Under the pieces are notes generated by a model. It saw only the letters and a list, made by a program, of their open reading frames with translations. It had not been told where the DNA came from and did no database searches. A stretch of DNA of 64,000 bases from Deltaproteobacteria bacterium (lineage in GTDB: Bacteria; Myxococcota_A; Polyangia; Fen-1088): contig JAFGPX010000259.1 of the NCBI GenBank assembly GCA_016935975.1, forward strand, positions 11,230-75,229. Reading direction: 5' to 3'. Each line of letters starts with the position of its first letter. The stretch's first letter is position 1. Both the position numbers and the translations under genes were made by a program. Shown here piece after piece: positions 1 through 12,535 of this stretch.

Positions 1-1311
1 GCGATTCACCCCATTATCGGCAAGAAGGTCGCCATCAAGGTGCTGGCCGGCCGCCTGGCCAGGAACAAGAACGCCATCCGGCGCTTCGTGCTCGAGGCCC
101 GGGCGGTCAACGACATCCGCCATCCCGGCTTGGTGGACATCTTCTCGTTCGGCCAGCTCACCGACGGCCGCCATTACTACGTGATGGAGTTCCTCGAAGG
201 GCGCGACCTTGGCGACGTCCTGCGCGAGCGCATCTGTCTGCCCATGGCCGAAGCCGTGCCCATCTTCATCGAAGTCGGGCACGCCTTGGTGGCCGTCCAC
301 TCCAAGGGCATCGTCCACCGCGACCTCAAGCCGGAGAACATCCTGCTGCTCTCCGCCCCCCAGCCCGGCGGCCCGCGGGTCAAGCTGGTGGACTTCGGAC
401 TGGCCAAGCTGGTGGAGGGAGTGCCGGCGCACATGCGCGAAGGCGCCCCCAGCACCGCCGCAGGGGTCAACGTCGGGACGCCTCACTACATGTCGCCCGA
501 GCAGTGCCGCGGGCTCAAGGTCGACGCCCGCGCCGATCTCTACGCTCTCGGCGTGTTGCTCTACGAAACCCTGACCGGGAAGCTGCCTTTCGACGGCGCC
601 ACTCCTGTCGACATCTGGCAGGCCCACGCCGAGAAGCCGCCGCGCCCCCCCATCGCGGTGGCGCCCAACGCGGTCAGCCCCGCGCTCAACGCCGTCATCC
701 TGCGGCTGCTCGCCAAGCAACCCGAGAATCGATTCCGGTCGGCCGCCCATTTCTGTGCCGCGCTCGAGAACCTGAACGAAGACGGCCAGGCCAAGGCCAC
801 GCCGCAGCCCTTGCGCCTGGGCGAGCCCCACGACGACGTGGCCTCCACGCTCGAAGACTTGCCGGCGGTGCCGGGTGCCGAAACGGTCTCCACGGAGGAG
901 GAGCGCCGCAAGGAGATCGAAGACCTGCGCGCGAACCTGGGTCTGCACATCGAGGAGCCCGCGTCCGTCGGAGAGGGGCAGGAACAGATGAGCGCGCTGG
1001 TCATCAACCTGGGGCTGTCGCATGCTGCGGGTGACCGCAGACTCCCGCCCTTGGGCGGGAGTCACTCCTTGCCCCTGCCGGTGGCAGGAGCGAAGTCCGG
1101 CCAAGTGCGCCACATCGAGGAGCGCAAGTACGTGCCGCCGCTGGCGGCACCCAGCGTGCGGCCGGCGCCACAGCGCACGGCGGAGGGCCCGACGCGCGGG
1201 CCCGACGGGCTGGTCCGCGGCTCTGCGACTTCACGTCGCATGGTGCGCGTGGCGGCGGTCGCGCTTATTGTGGCTGCGGCCGTTGTGGCGGCCGTCCTCC
1301 TTCTCAGCTAG
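1..1311 (+). CDS. Ser/Thr protein kinase, 5' end outside window; C-terminal transmembrane anchor
   Basis: Frame 1 is open from base 1 (AIHPIIGKKVAIKVL = kinase VAIK motif). It has the catalytic loop HRDLKPENILL, DFGLAK and an APE-like SPEQ. The C-terminal hydrophobic helix is VAAVALIVAAAVVAAVLLL. Track ORF 40..1311 is the same frame. Confidence 0.85.
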   Translation, partial: AIHPIIGKKVAIKVLAGRLARNKNAIRRFVLEARAVNDIRHPGLVDIFSFGQLTDGRHYYVMEFLEGRDLGDVLRERICLPMAEAVPIFIEVGHALVAVHSKGIVHRDLKPENILLLSAPQPGGPRVKLVDFGLAKLVEGVPAHMREGAPSTAAGVNVGTPHYMSPEQCRGLKVDARADLYALGVLLYETLTGKLPFDGATPVDIWQAHAEKPPRPPIAVAPNAVSPALNAVILRLLAKQPENRFRSAAHFCAALENLNEDGQAKATPQPLRLGEPHDDVASTLEDLPAVPGAETVSTEEERRKEIEDLRANLGLHIEEPASVGEGQEQMSALVINLGLSHAAGDRRLPPLGGSHSLPLPVAGAKSGQVRHIEERKYVPPLAAPSVRPAPQRTAEGPTRGPDGLVRGSATSRRMVRVAAVALIVAAAVVAAVLLLS

Positions 1312-2683
1312 CCCGCATCGCGTTCTCGACGGCGGGCGCTTGCTTGGGCAGGGCGCTCGTGAGGTCTTCGTGGCCGTTCGCGGTGACCAGAATCGTGTCC
1401 TCGATGCGGATGCCGCGCACGTCGTGGAAAGCCGCGAGGCGCTCACGGCGCAAGCGATCCCTGGCTGCGCGGGTGCGCTCGGGATCGTCGAGGATGGCCG
1501 GCACCTGATAGAAGCCGGGTTCGATGGTGACGGCCATGTTCGGCACCAGGTCGCGATCCAGGCGCAGGGCCCGAAAGCCCGGGCTGGTCGAGCGCGTGCG
1601 GCCCGGGGCGTAGGCCGCGCGGTCGCCGAGGTCGTCGAGGTCGTGCACGTCCAGGCCGATGAGGTGGCCCACGCCGTGGGGAAAGAACAGGGCCACGACC
1701 CCATCGGCGACCAACTCGGCGGGATCGCCGCCCAGAAGGCCGAGGCCGATCAGTCCCTTGGCGATGGCATGGCTGGCGATGCCCTGCAGATCGAGGTAGC
1801 GCAGACCGGGGCGGACGGCGGCTACGGCGGCGGCCTGCGCGAGCAGGACCACGTCGTAGAGATCACGCTGGGTCGGGGAGAAGCGCCCGCTGACCGGCCA
1901 GGTGCGGGTCACGTCGCCGGCCCAGCCGCCGCGGGTTTCGGCGCCGGCGTCGATGAGCAGAAGATCTCCGTCGGCAAGCATGTGGTGGTGGTCTTCGTTG
2001 TGCAGGATCTCGCCGCGGACGGAGACAATCGAGGTGTACGACACGGTCATGTTGCGGCGGCACAGCTCGGCCTCCAGCGCGGCGCGCACCTCGCTCTCGC
2101 GGATTTTGGGGCGGGTGGCGCGCAGGCCGGCCAGGTGGGCGGCCACGGTCGCGTCGGCGGCCTCGCGCAGACCGGCGATGCCGGCTGCGTCGTGCACCAA
2201 ACGCATCGCGATGAGGGCATCGGCCAGCGGCTCGTCGGCGGCCGGCAACACGCCCGGACGGATCTCACGCCCGAGCAGGTTGGACTGTTCCAGGCAGGTT
2301 TCGAACTCGGGCGCCGGTAGCGTGCTGGTTGTCTTGCGGGCCAGGGTTTCGGCCAGCCTCGGCATGGGCAGCACGGCCACGCCGAACATCTCGGACAGCG
2401 CGGCGAAGTCCGGCACGGGGCCGGTCCACAAGGCGGCGTCGGCGGCCGGCTCGGGCAGGTAGAGTTGCCAGCGCTCGCCGCTCCACAACCCCATGGCCTT
2501 GGGGAGATGCAGGCCGAAGAGGTAGAGAAAGTGGCTGGCCGCGCGGAAGGGGTAGTGGCCCCGATGCGTGCCGCGGGGGCGCGGGGCGCCGGCGGCGATG
2601 AGGGCGGGCAGGTTGCCAAGGCGGGCGGCGAGCCGAGCCCGGCGCTCGGCACAGGCGGACGCGTCGAAAAACGAAAAATCCAT
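1304..2683 (-). CDS. pepP: Xaa-Pro aminopeptidase / M24B metallopeptidase (PepP-like)
   Basis: M24 'pita-bread' signature HGVGHLIGLDVHD, metal-ligand region and C-terminal IEPGFY motif; 459 aa, starts with ATG. Confidence 0.75.
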   Translation of the reverse strand: MDFSFFDASACAERRARLAARLGNLPALIAAGAPRPRGTHRGHYPFRAASHFLYLFGLHLPKAMGLWSGERWQLYLPEPAADAALWTGPVPDFAALSEMFGVAVLPMPRLAETLARKTTSTLPAPEFETCLEQSNLLGREIRPGVLPAADEPLADALIAMRLVHDAAGIAGLREAADATVAAHLAGLRATRPKIRESEVRAALEAELCRRNMTVSYTSIVSVRGEILHNEDHHHMLADGDLLLIDAGAETRGGWAGDVTRTWPVSGRFSPTQRDLYDVVLLAQAAAVAAVRPGLRYLDLQGIASHAIAKGLIGLGLLGGDPAELVADGVVALFFPHGVGHLIGLDVHDLDDLGDRAAYAPGRTRSTSPGFRALRLDRDLVPNMAVTIEPGFYQVPAILDDPERTRAARDRLRRERLAAFHDVRGIRIEDTILVTANGHEDLTSALPKQAPAVENAMRAS

Positions 2684-2773
2684 GCCCCCGCAGTATACGC
2701 CGGCGCGTAGACGATTCGCTTTCGTGCTCTTGCGCGTTCCTGCGCTCGTGCCAAGCTAGGCGGCGTAGGAGTC

Positions 2774-3087
2774 ATGCCGAAGCGCAGCCCACAGACCGAA
2801 CGCGAAGTCGCGACGCTCGAGAAGGTCAAGCTCGAAGTTCCCCGCCTGTTCGAGGTCGTACTGCACAACGACGACTACACCACGCAGGTCTTCGTGGTCT
2901 ACGTGCTCATGAGGTTCTTCCATCACGACTCCGCCACGGCCAACGAGATCATGCTCAACGTGCACACCAAGGGCTCGGGCGTGGCCGGCGTCTACCCGCG
3001 GGATATCGCGGAAACCAAGGCGAAGCAGGTAGTGACCTTCGCGCGGCAGCACGAGATGCCGCTCGAGTGTTCGGTGCGCAGGCAGTC

Positions 3088-3094
<7 letters not shown>
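2774..3094 (+). CDS. clpS: ATP-dependent Clp protease adaptor ClpS
   Basis: 106 aa; conserved ClpS core (YTTQVFVVYVLMRFF...ATANEIMLNVHTKG); sits immediately upstream of clpA, as is typical. Confidence 0.85.
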
Positions 3095-5463
<2,369 letters not shown>

Positions 5464-5570
5464 GACGCGGAGCCCGCGGAGGGCGCGGAGCGGGGAAGCG
5501 GAGGGTTCCATGTCCTGCTCCGGACCCTCTCCCGTCTCCGTGCTCTCTGGCTGCTCCGTGCCCTCGTGGT
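5464..5570. repeat. Palindromic intergenic element copy H (purine-rich arm / pyrimidine-rich arm hairpin), immediately after the clpA stop
   Basis: GACGCGGAGCCCGCGGAGGGCGCGGAGCGGGGAAGCGGAGGGTTCC-ATG-TCCTGCTCCGGACCCTCTCCCGTCTCCGTGCTCTCTGG. The arms are imperfect reverse complements and the right arm resembles copies C and E. Confidence 0.5.
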
Positions 5571-5609
5571 TTTTGCATCAGCCGGCCGCCCTGCGCGCTA
5601 TAAGGATTC

Positions 5610-7607
5610 ATGGATTTGACGCTCGACGATCTCCTCTCGCTGGTGAAACAGCGGGGCACTGCGGACAACTTCCCGGAGCGGGAGGAGCTGCACGGCCTGC
5701 TGGAGCCGTTCCGCGAGCTTGCCGACCAGGAATCCCTGCGCTTGGCCTTGGCGGCCGCCGTGCGCAAGGGAGATCGGCTGGTGGCCCGGGTCGCGTCGGA
5801 AGCCCTGGCGTTTCTCGGCAAGGAGGCTTCCGGTCCGCTGCTGGTGGCCATCGCGCTCGACGAAGCACTGACCACCACCCAGCGGGCCGCGGCGGTGTGG
5901 GCCATGGATCACCACATGCCGGCCTTTCGCACGCGGCTTTCTCCCGACGAGCAGTTCGTGTGCATCAGCCTGCCCGTCTTCGAGATGCTGGAAGACCCGG
6001 AAGCCGACCGGGGCTTCGGTCTCAGGATGCTGCTCGGCAGCTATGCCAGCATGGCCCCGGCCGCGCGGGATTCCTTCCTTTCTGCCATTGCCCATGCGGC
6101 CCGGACGCGCGGGCATCGCATGGCCGGCTTGTGCATGCATCTGCTCGCGGCCGAAAAGGACGAGGAACGGCGGCGCAGGCTGCTCGATCTCGTTGCGGCC
6201 GACGCCAGCCAGGAGGCGGTCGACCTGCTCGCAACCTTCGCCGCCAAGGCTGGCGATGCACGAGAGGCCAAGCACGCGCGTCGGCAATTGCATGTGCTGC
6301 GCGCCAAGGGCCTGCGCGGCGTGGTCAGACCGGATTTCCGCGAGTGTCGCGCCCTCGTGACCGGTGTCGACGGCGACGCCTGCTTCGCGGTCAACATCAT
6401 CCTGCCGCGCGTGCCGACCTTCGATGTCGCCAACTTGCTCTTTCACCTGGAGACGGGCCTGCGCGACGGGTTCGTGATGGAGAATCTGCCCGGCCGCAGC
6501 GTCGACGAGTTGATGGACAAGGTCAAGGAAGGCTGCGGGACGCTGTCGACCTTCGTGCCCATGCCGCTTGCGGCCCGTATCGTGGACGAGACGCTGCGGG
6601 TCTCCAAGCCGTCCGTTTTGCGAGATCCCGAACTCGCCAAGGTCATCGCAGCCGCAGAGCCCGCCTTGGCCGAGGCCCGCAAACAGGATTACGCGGAAAC
6701 CGCGCCGCCGGAGCACGCCACGGCCACGGCCGAGGAAACCAGCGAGATCCTGGACAGCGAGGGTTTCGAGTCGTGGTTCTTCGAGTCGCACGAGGGAACC
6801 GTGCGAAAGGCGACGGCTTTGGTGTTCGACAGGCCTGTTCGTTCCAGGGGCAAAGCCGGCGCCAAGACACTGGCGAACCGGATGGACAAGGCGACCACGG
6901 ACCTGGTCGAGCGGCTGCGGGCCGACAAGGAGCACCTCCGCTTGCAGAAGATGCTTCGCCACCAGGCCCGCTTGCTCGATTGCGCCCAGGACGAGAAGCG
7001 GGCCGAGCTGTGTCGCCGGCTCGCAGTCGAGGTCGAGCGGCCCGACAGCGTCTTTCTGACCACCATGGCCATACGCGCGATCATGGAGACGCTGCAGCAG
7101 CCATCCGAGGACGAACGACCAGAGCGCTTCGCCGAAGCACGCGCGCACCTGCGCGCCAGGCTCGCCCAGGAGGGGCACGGACATCGCAAACGGGATGTCG
7201 CCTGTCTCGACATGGCAGCGGCCGCGCATACCGAGATGGTCATCTGCAACCGCGAAGCGCCATCGGCGCGGCGGGTGTCGCTGGCCGCCATCGAAAACGC
7301 CGCGCTTGCCATGGGGACGGCGTTTGTCGAGGGGCTGCTCGCAGGCAGGGAAACCGGCGCTCTCGCCGACGGCCTGGTCGAGGAACTGGAGCGTCGCGAG
7401 CTGTTCCCGCCGAGGGAGAGAGGCCGTATCGCCAGAGAGATCATGACAGGCATGCTCAGTCTGCAGGATGGGGTCTGCGGGGAGGCTTGTCCCCACCGAT
7501 GCTTCGTCGAGCCGGATGGCGACGGGCGCGCGGCCTTCTACGCCGAGGGCCTGCCGTGGCATGGCTCCGATCCTCCGCGGCCGCCACGCAAACGCCACAG
7601 CGCCTGA
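5610..7607 (+). CDS. Hypothetical protein (665 aa), alpha-helical, unknown function
   Basis: ATG preceded by AAGGA. The residue composition is balanced (K/E/D/L-rich), whereas the equally long antisense ORF 5598..7796 is R/G/A/P-rich high-GC noise. I recognised no domain. Confidence 0.55.
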   Translation: MDLTLDDLLSLVKQRGTADNFPEREELHGLLEPFRELADQESLRLALAAAVRKGDRLVARVASEALAFLGKEASGPLLVAIALDEALTTTQRAAAVWAMDHHMPAFRTRLSPDEQFVCISLPVFEMLEDPEADRGFGLRMLLGSYASMAPAARDSFLSAIAHAARTRGHRMAGLCMHLLAAEKDEERRRRLLDLVAADASQEAVDLLATFAAKAGDAREAKHARRQLHVLRAKGLRGVVRPDFRECRALVTGVDGDACFAVNIILPRVPTFDVANLLFHLETGLRDGFVMENLPGRSVDELMDKVKEGCGTLSTFVPMPLAARIVDETLRVSKPSVLRDPELAKVIAAAEPALAEARKQDYAETAPPEHATATAEETSEILDSEGFESWFFESHEGTVRKATALVFDRPVRSRGKAGAKTLANRMDKATTDLVERLRADKEHLRLQKMLRHQARLLDCAQDEKRAELCRRLAVEVERPDSVFLTTMAIRAIMETLQQPSEDERPERFAEARAHLRARLAQEGHGHRKRDVACLDMAAAAHTEMVICNREAPSARRVSLAAIENAALAMGTAFVEGLLAGRETGALADGLVEELERRELFPPRERGRIAREIMTGMLSLQDGVCGEACPHRCFVEPDGDGRAAFYAEGLPWHGSDPPRPPRKRHSA

Positions 7608-7785
7608 GAGCGGGAGCGGCGCATGGCCCGGGAGCCGCCGGCGAGTCTGGCCCGCATTCTTCATCAGCCGCGTTTGGTCAGGGCGTCGTAGCGGGCTAGT
7701 GAACACGTCCACGGGCACGACCTTCTCCGGGTAGCGCGGGATCAGGGTGTCTCGCCCAACCTCCCCTGTGCTAGACATCTCCCCC

Positions 7786-9444
7786 ATGAGCATCACCGCC
7801 TCCGATATCTGGGAAAGGCTCCTAGCTCACCACAAGGCCGTCGCGCCGTTGCACATGCGCGAGCTGTTCGCGCGGGATCCCGAGCGCTTCGCGAAGTTCT
7901 CGCTGCGGCTTGGCGATCTGCTGCTCGACTACTCGAAGAACCGCATCACGGCAGAAACCATGGACCTATTGCGGGCCCTGGCGCGGGAGGCGGGGGTCGA
8001 GTCCATGCGCGACAAGATGTTCGCCGGCGAAACCATCAACTCGACCGAGAAACGGGCGGTCCTGCACGTGGCGCTGCGCAACTTGTCGTCGCGGCCTACC
8101 TGCGTCGGCGGCAAGGACGTCATGCCCGAGGTGCGCGCCGCGCTCAACCACATGAGCGCCTTCTGCGAGTCGGTGCGCAGCGGCGCCTGGACCGGGTACA
8201 CCAAGAAGCCCATGCGCGCCGTCGTCAACCTGGGCATCGGCGGGTCCGACCTCGGACCGGCGATGGTGTCCGAGGCGCTGCGCCCCTACCGGCGCGACGA
8301 TCTGGACCTCTATTTCGTGTCCAACGTCGACGGCTCGCACATTGCCGAGGCCCTCAAGCGCGTCGATCCCGAAACCACGCTCTTCCTCATCGCCTCCAAG
8401 ACCTTCAAGACGCAGGAAACCATGGCCAACGCGCACAGCGCGCGCGAGTGGTTTCTCAAGCAGGCCAAAAACAAAAAGCATATCGCCAAGCACTTCGTTG
8501 CCATATCGACCAACAAGCCGGAAGTCGTTACGGAAGTCGCCAAGTTCGACATCCCCACGGACAACGTCTTCGTCTTCTGGGATTGGGTCGGCGGCCGCTA
8601 CTCGCTGTGGTCTTCCATCGGCCTGTCCATCGCGCTCGGCAGCGGATTCGAGAACTTCCATGCCTTGCTCGAAGGCGCGCACGAGATGGACGAGCATTTC
8701 CGAGCCGCGCCGCTCGAGTGCAATTTGCCCGTCACCTTGGCCTTGCTCGGCGTTTGGTACAACAACTTCTTCGGCGCCGAAACCCACGCCATCCTGCCGT
8801 ACGACCAGTACCTGGCGCGCTTTCCCGCCTACTTGCAGCAAGGCGACATGGAGTCGAACGGCAAGCGGATCACGCGCGACGGCAAGCTCGTGGACTACCA
8901 GACTGGCCCGATCATCTGGGGCGAGCCCGGGACCAACGGCCAGCACGCTTTCTACCAACTCCTGCACCAGGGCACGAAGCTCGTACCGTGCGACTTCCTG
9001 GCCTCGGTGGGCACGCACAACCCGAGAGGCGAGCACCATGCCTTGCTGCTGGCCAATTTCCTGGCTCAGACCGAAGCGCTGATGAAGGGCAAGACGGAGG
9101 CCGAGGCGCGCACCGAGCTGGAAGCCGCCGGCGTGACGGGCGAGGCTCTGACGGCGCTCCTGCCGCACAAGGTGTTCCCCGGCAACAAACCGAGCAACTC
9201 GCTCTTGTACGACAAGCTCGATCCGCGCACGCTGGGCAAGCTCATCGCGCTATACGAGCACAAGATATTCGTGCAAGGGGTCATCTGGAACGTGAACTCG
9301 TACGACCAGTGGGGCGTGGAGCTAGGCAAGAAGCTGGCCGACGCCATCCTGCCCGAGCTGCGCGGCGGCGCCGACGTGTCCTCGCACGATGCTTCCACCA
9401 ACGGCCTCATCAACCAGATCAACCAGCGGCGCCGGCTGGGCTAG
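7786..9444 (+). CDS. pgi: Glucose-6-phosphate isomerase
   Basis: Collinear with E. coli Pgi ([47 protein letters not shown]). The track start 7747 is GTG; the first ATG at 7786 aligns with the E. coli N-terminus. Confidence 0.9.
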   Translation: MSITASDIWERLLAHHKAVAPLHMRELFARDPERFAKFSLRLGDLLLDYSKNRITAETMDLLRALAREAGVESMRDKMFAGETINSTEKRAVLHVALRNLSSRPTCVGGKDVMPEVRAALNHMSAFCESVRSGAWTGYTKKPMRAVVNLGIGGSDLGPAMVSEALRPYRRDDLDLYFVSNVDGSHIAEALKRVDPETTLFLIASKTFKTQETMANAHSAREWFLKQAKNKKHIAKHFVAISTNKPEVVTEVAKFDIPTDNVFVFWDWVGGRYSLWSSIGLSIALGSGFENFHALLEGAHEMDEHFRAAPLECNLPVTLALLGVWYNNFFGAETHAILPYDQYLARFPAYLQQGDMESNGKRITRDGKLVDYQTGPIIWGEPGTNGQHAFYQLLHQGTKLVPCDFLASVGTHNPRGEHHALLLANFLAQTEALMKGKTEAEARTELEAAGVTGEALTALLPHKVFPGNKPSNSLLYDKLDPRTLGKLIALYEHKIFVQGVIWNVNSYDQWGVELGKKLADAILPELRGGADVSSHDASTNGLINQINQRRRLG

Positions 9445-9460
9445 CGGCCATCCCGGCGAG

Positions 9461-9544
9461 CCAGGAAGAACAAGGAGGAACGCAGACGCAGAGACGGACA
9501 GTCGCCATGGAGTTTCCGGCTCTGTTTCTCTGTTTCTTCCCGTG
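9461..9544. repeat. Palindromic intergenic element copy A, directly after the pgi stop
   Basis: CCAGGAAGAACAAGGAGGAACGCAGACGCAGAGACGGACAG...CCGGCTCTGTTTCTCTGTTTCTTCCCGTG. The left arm is about 90% identical to copy B and the right arm matches copies B and D. Confidence 0.6.
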
Positions 9545-9627
9545 CACACTCCCCAACGGACCTGCCCTGGCGCTAGGACGACAAGCGCCTTGACAGGACG
9601 GCCCGGTTTCCGAATAGTGGCGGCTCC

Positions 9628-9792
9628 ATGGGAAAGCACGACAACCGCAACTCGATGAAGATGCGCCGTCGCAAGGCGCAGGGGAAGCTCAAGGAGCGCC
9701 GCAAGCGGCAGAAGGCCGAGCGTCAGGCGGCCCGCGCCGACGGCAAGCCCGCCAAGAAGTCGCGTCCCGCTCCGGCTCCGGCCAAGGAGTAG
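9628..9792 (+). CDS. Small highly basic ORF (54 aa, MGKHDNRNSMKMRRRKAQGKLKERRKRQKAERQAARADGKPAKKSRPAPAPAKE); not in the ORF track
   Basis: ATG..TAG open frame in the pgi-mutS gap, Lys/Arg-rich with non-random composition; the coding call is uncertain. Confidence 0.3.
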   Translation: MGKHDNRNSMKMRRRKAQGKLKERRKRQKAERQAARADGKPAKKSRPAPAPAKE

Positions 9793-9831
9793 GCCCGCCG
9801 CCGACCCTTTGCGCGTGGGGAGAAAGCCGCC

Positions 9832-12513
9832 GTGGCCGGCGACAAAGACAGCGGCACCACGGCGCTCATGCGCCAGTACCTCGACATCAAGGCGAGGTAC
9901 CCCGATGCCATCTTGTTTTTCCGGCTCGGGGACTTCTACGAGATGTTCTACGAGGATGCTGTCTTCGCGGCGCGCACGCTTTCTTTGACCCTGACCACCC
10001 GCGACAAGGGCAAGGAGGATCCGGTACCCATGGCCGGGGTGCCGCACCACTCGGCGCGCGGCTACATCGAGAGGCTGACCGAGCTCGGCCACCGCGTGGC
10101 CGTGTGCGAGCAGCTCGAGGATCCGAAGCTGACCCGTGGCATGGTCAAGCGGGGGGTGGTTCGCGTCATCACGCCAGGGGTGGTTCTTGACGAGGAATCC
10201 CTGGAGCCGCGCGCCCCCAACTACGTTGCCGCGGTGGCGGGCGAGGCGCGTGACGGCTTCGGCCTGGCCTTCGCAGACGTGACCACCGGCGATTTTCGCG
10301 CCACGTTCTGCGCCACTACCGAGGGCCTGCTCGACGAGCTGGCCCGCGTGGAGCCGCGCGAGATCCTGCTCGCCAAGCAAGACAGCGACTTGGCCGCCGC
10401 CATCCGGCGCACCTATGGCCACTTGGCGCAGACCCCGATGACCACGGCGGACGAGCCCGCACCCTGGACGACGCTCGGCGAGGCCTTGGGGGAAAGCCTC
10501 GACCGCGCCAGCCTGGAACGGTTGCCGCAAGTGGCGACGGCGGCGGCCCGGGTTGTTCGCTACGTGCGCGCCACGCAGGTTTGTGCGCCGTTGCCCACTA
10601 CCCGCCTGGAGTTGTTCCGGCGCGACGACTTCCTGGTCATCGACGAGCAGGCGCGCGCGCACCTCGAGCTCGTCGAAACCATGGTCGACCGCCGGCCGCA
10701 GGGGTCGTTGCTGCATCTGCTGGACGCCACGGTCACGGCCATGGGCGCGCGACTGCTGCGGCGGTGGCTGCTGTTTCCGCTCGTCGACATCGTGCAGATC
10801 CGGCGCCGGCAGGATGCGGTGGAGCGCCTGGTGGCGCAGCAGTCGCGGCGGGAAGCCGCGCGCGAGCTCCTCGGGGAGCTTGGCGACATCGAACGCTTGA
10901 CCACGCGCGCGCGTCTGGGCGTGGCCTCGCCGCGGGACCTGGCCGTGTTGGGCAGATCGCTCGCCCGCCTGCCCGAGTTGCGCGCTCTTCTGCGGCAGGC
11001 TACCGACGGATTGCCGGCCGTGGTCGCGGCCGAGGCGGAGTCCGGAGGGCTGCTCGACCTGGGGACCGACCTCGGCGCCGACCTGGCGGAGCGCATCGGC
11101 GCGACCCTGCGCGACGACGCCCCAGCCACCACCAAGGACGGCGGCTACGTCAAGCCCGGCGTTTCGTCCGAGCTCGACGAGGTGTGCGTCATCGCGAGCG
11201 GCGGCCGCGAAGGCATCCTGGCCATCGAGGCGCGCGAGCGCGAGCGCACTGGAATCCCGACGCTGAAGGTGAAGTACAACTCGGTCTTCGGCTACTTCAT
11301 CGAGGTCACGCGCTCGCGGCTCGGCAATGTGCCGCCGGAGTACACGCGCAAGCAGACCGTGGCCAACGCCGAGCGTTTCGTGACGCCCGAGTTGGCGGAG
11401 TACGAAGCCAAGATTCTGACCGCGGACGAGCGGCGCACCAGCCTCGAGCTCTCGATCTTCACCAAGCTGCGCGACGAGGTCGGCGAGGCGTCCGAGCGCC
11501 TGCTGGCCCTGGCTGGCCGCGTGGCCCGCGCCGACGTCCTCGCCGCGCTGGCCGAGCAGGCCCATCGCCACGACTACTGTCGTCCTCTGGTGGACGATTC
11601 CGAGGTCGTCGAGCTCGTGGCCAGCCGCCATCCCGTGGTCGAGCGCTTGGCCGCGGCGGGAGGCTTCGTGCCCAACGACGTCCGTCTCGACACCGAAAAC
11701 GAGCAGATGCTGCTTGTCACCGGGCCCAACATGGCGGGCAAGTCCACTCTCATCCGGCAAGTCGCGCTGGCCGTCATCATGGCGCAGATGGGCGGCTTCG
11801 TGCCGGCGCGCCAGGCGCGCATCGGGCTCTGCGACCGCGTGCTGTCACGCGTGGGCGCCGGCGACAACCTGGCCCGTGGCGAATCGACGTTCCTGCTGGA
11901 GATGCGCGAGACCGCGCACATCTTGCGCCACGCGACGCGGAAGAGCCTCATCATTCTCGACGAGATCGGACGCGGCACCTCGACGTACGACGGCGTGTCG
12001 ATCGCCTGGGCCGTGGCCGAGCACCTGCACGACCGCGTGGCGGCGCGCACCCTGTTCGCCACGCACTACCACGAGCTGTGCGCCTTGGCCGAAACCCACG
12101 GTCGCGTGCGCAACATGAGCGTGGCCGCGCGCGAGTGGCAGGGCGAGGTCGTTTTCCTGCGCAAGCTCACGCCCGGGGGCACGAGTCGCTCGTTCGGCAT
12201 CGAGGTGGCGCGTCTGGCCGGACTGCCCGAGACGGTCGTGGCTCGCGCACGCGCCATCCTCGGTCACCTGGAAGAGGGCGGGCCAGGCGGCAAAGACGCG
12301 CAACCCAGGCTGGCGCGGCCCGAGGAGGACGGCCGCTCGCAGCTATCGCTCTTCGCACCCCCCTCGAGCAGGGAGGCGGTGCGGCAAGGGGCAGCCGGAG
12401 CCGAGGCCGAGGTCTTGGCGGCGCTGCGCGCGGTGGATCTCGACGGTCTTTCGCCACGCGCAGCATGGGATTTGCTGGCGGAACTAGGCAAAAAGTTGAC
12501 GTCGGCCCATTGA
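9832..12513 (+). CDS. mutS: DNA mismatch repair protein MutS
   Basis: N-terminal mismatch-binding domain (MRQYLDIKARYPDAILFFRLGDFYEMFYEDA), Walker A GPNMAGKST and the C-terminal HTH region. The track start is GTG at 9832 with a GGGGAGAAAG purine run upstream; the first ATG is at 9868. Confidence 0.9.
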   Translation: MAGDKDSGTTALMRQYLDIKARYPDAILFFRLGDFYEMFYEDAVFAARTLSLTLTTRDKGKEDPVPMAGVPHHSARGYIERLTELGHRVAVCEQLEDPKLTRGMVKRGVVRVITPGVVLDEESLEPRAPNYVAAVAGEARDGFGLAFADVTTGDFRATFCATTEGLLDELARVEPREILLAKQDSDLAAAIRRTYGHLAQTPMTTADEPAPWTTLGEALGESLDRASLERLPQVATAAARVVRYVRATQVCAPLPTTRLELFRRDDFLVIDEQARAHLELVETMVDRRPQGSLLHLLDATVTAMGARLLRRWLLFPLVDIVQIRRRQDAVERLVAQQSRREAARELLGELGDIERLTTRARLGVASPRDLAVLGRSLARLPELRALLRQATDGLPAVVAAEAESGGLLDLGTDLGADLAERIGATLRDDAPATTKDGGYVKPGVSSELDEVCVIASGGREGILAIEARERERTGIPTLKVKYNSVFGYFIEVTRSRLGNVPPEYTRKQTVANAERFVTPELAEYEAKILTADERRTSLELSIFTKLRDEVGEASERLLALAGRVARADVLAALAEQAHRHDYCRPLVDDSEVVELVASRHPVVERLAAAGGFVPNDVRLDTENEQMLLVTGPNMAGKSTLIRQVALAVIMAQMGGFVPARQARIGLCDRVLSRVGAGDNLARGESTFLLEMRETAHILRHATRKSLIILDEIGRGTSTYDGVSIAWAVAEHLHDRVAARTLFATHYHELCALAETHGRVRNMSVAAREWQGEVVFLRKLTPGGTSRSFGIEVARLAGLPETVVARARAILGHLEEGGPGGKDAQPRLARPEEDGRSQLSLFAPPSSREAVRQGAAGAEAEVLAALRAVDLDGLSPRAAWDLLAELGKKLTSAH

Positions 12514-12535
12514 GCCTTGCCATGATGGAGATGCT

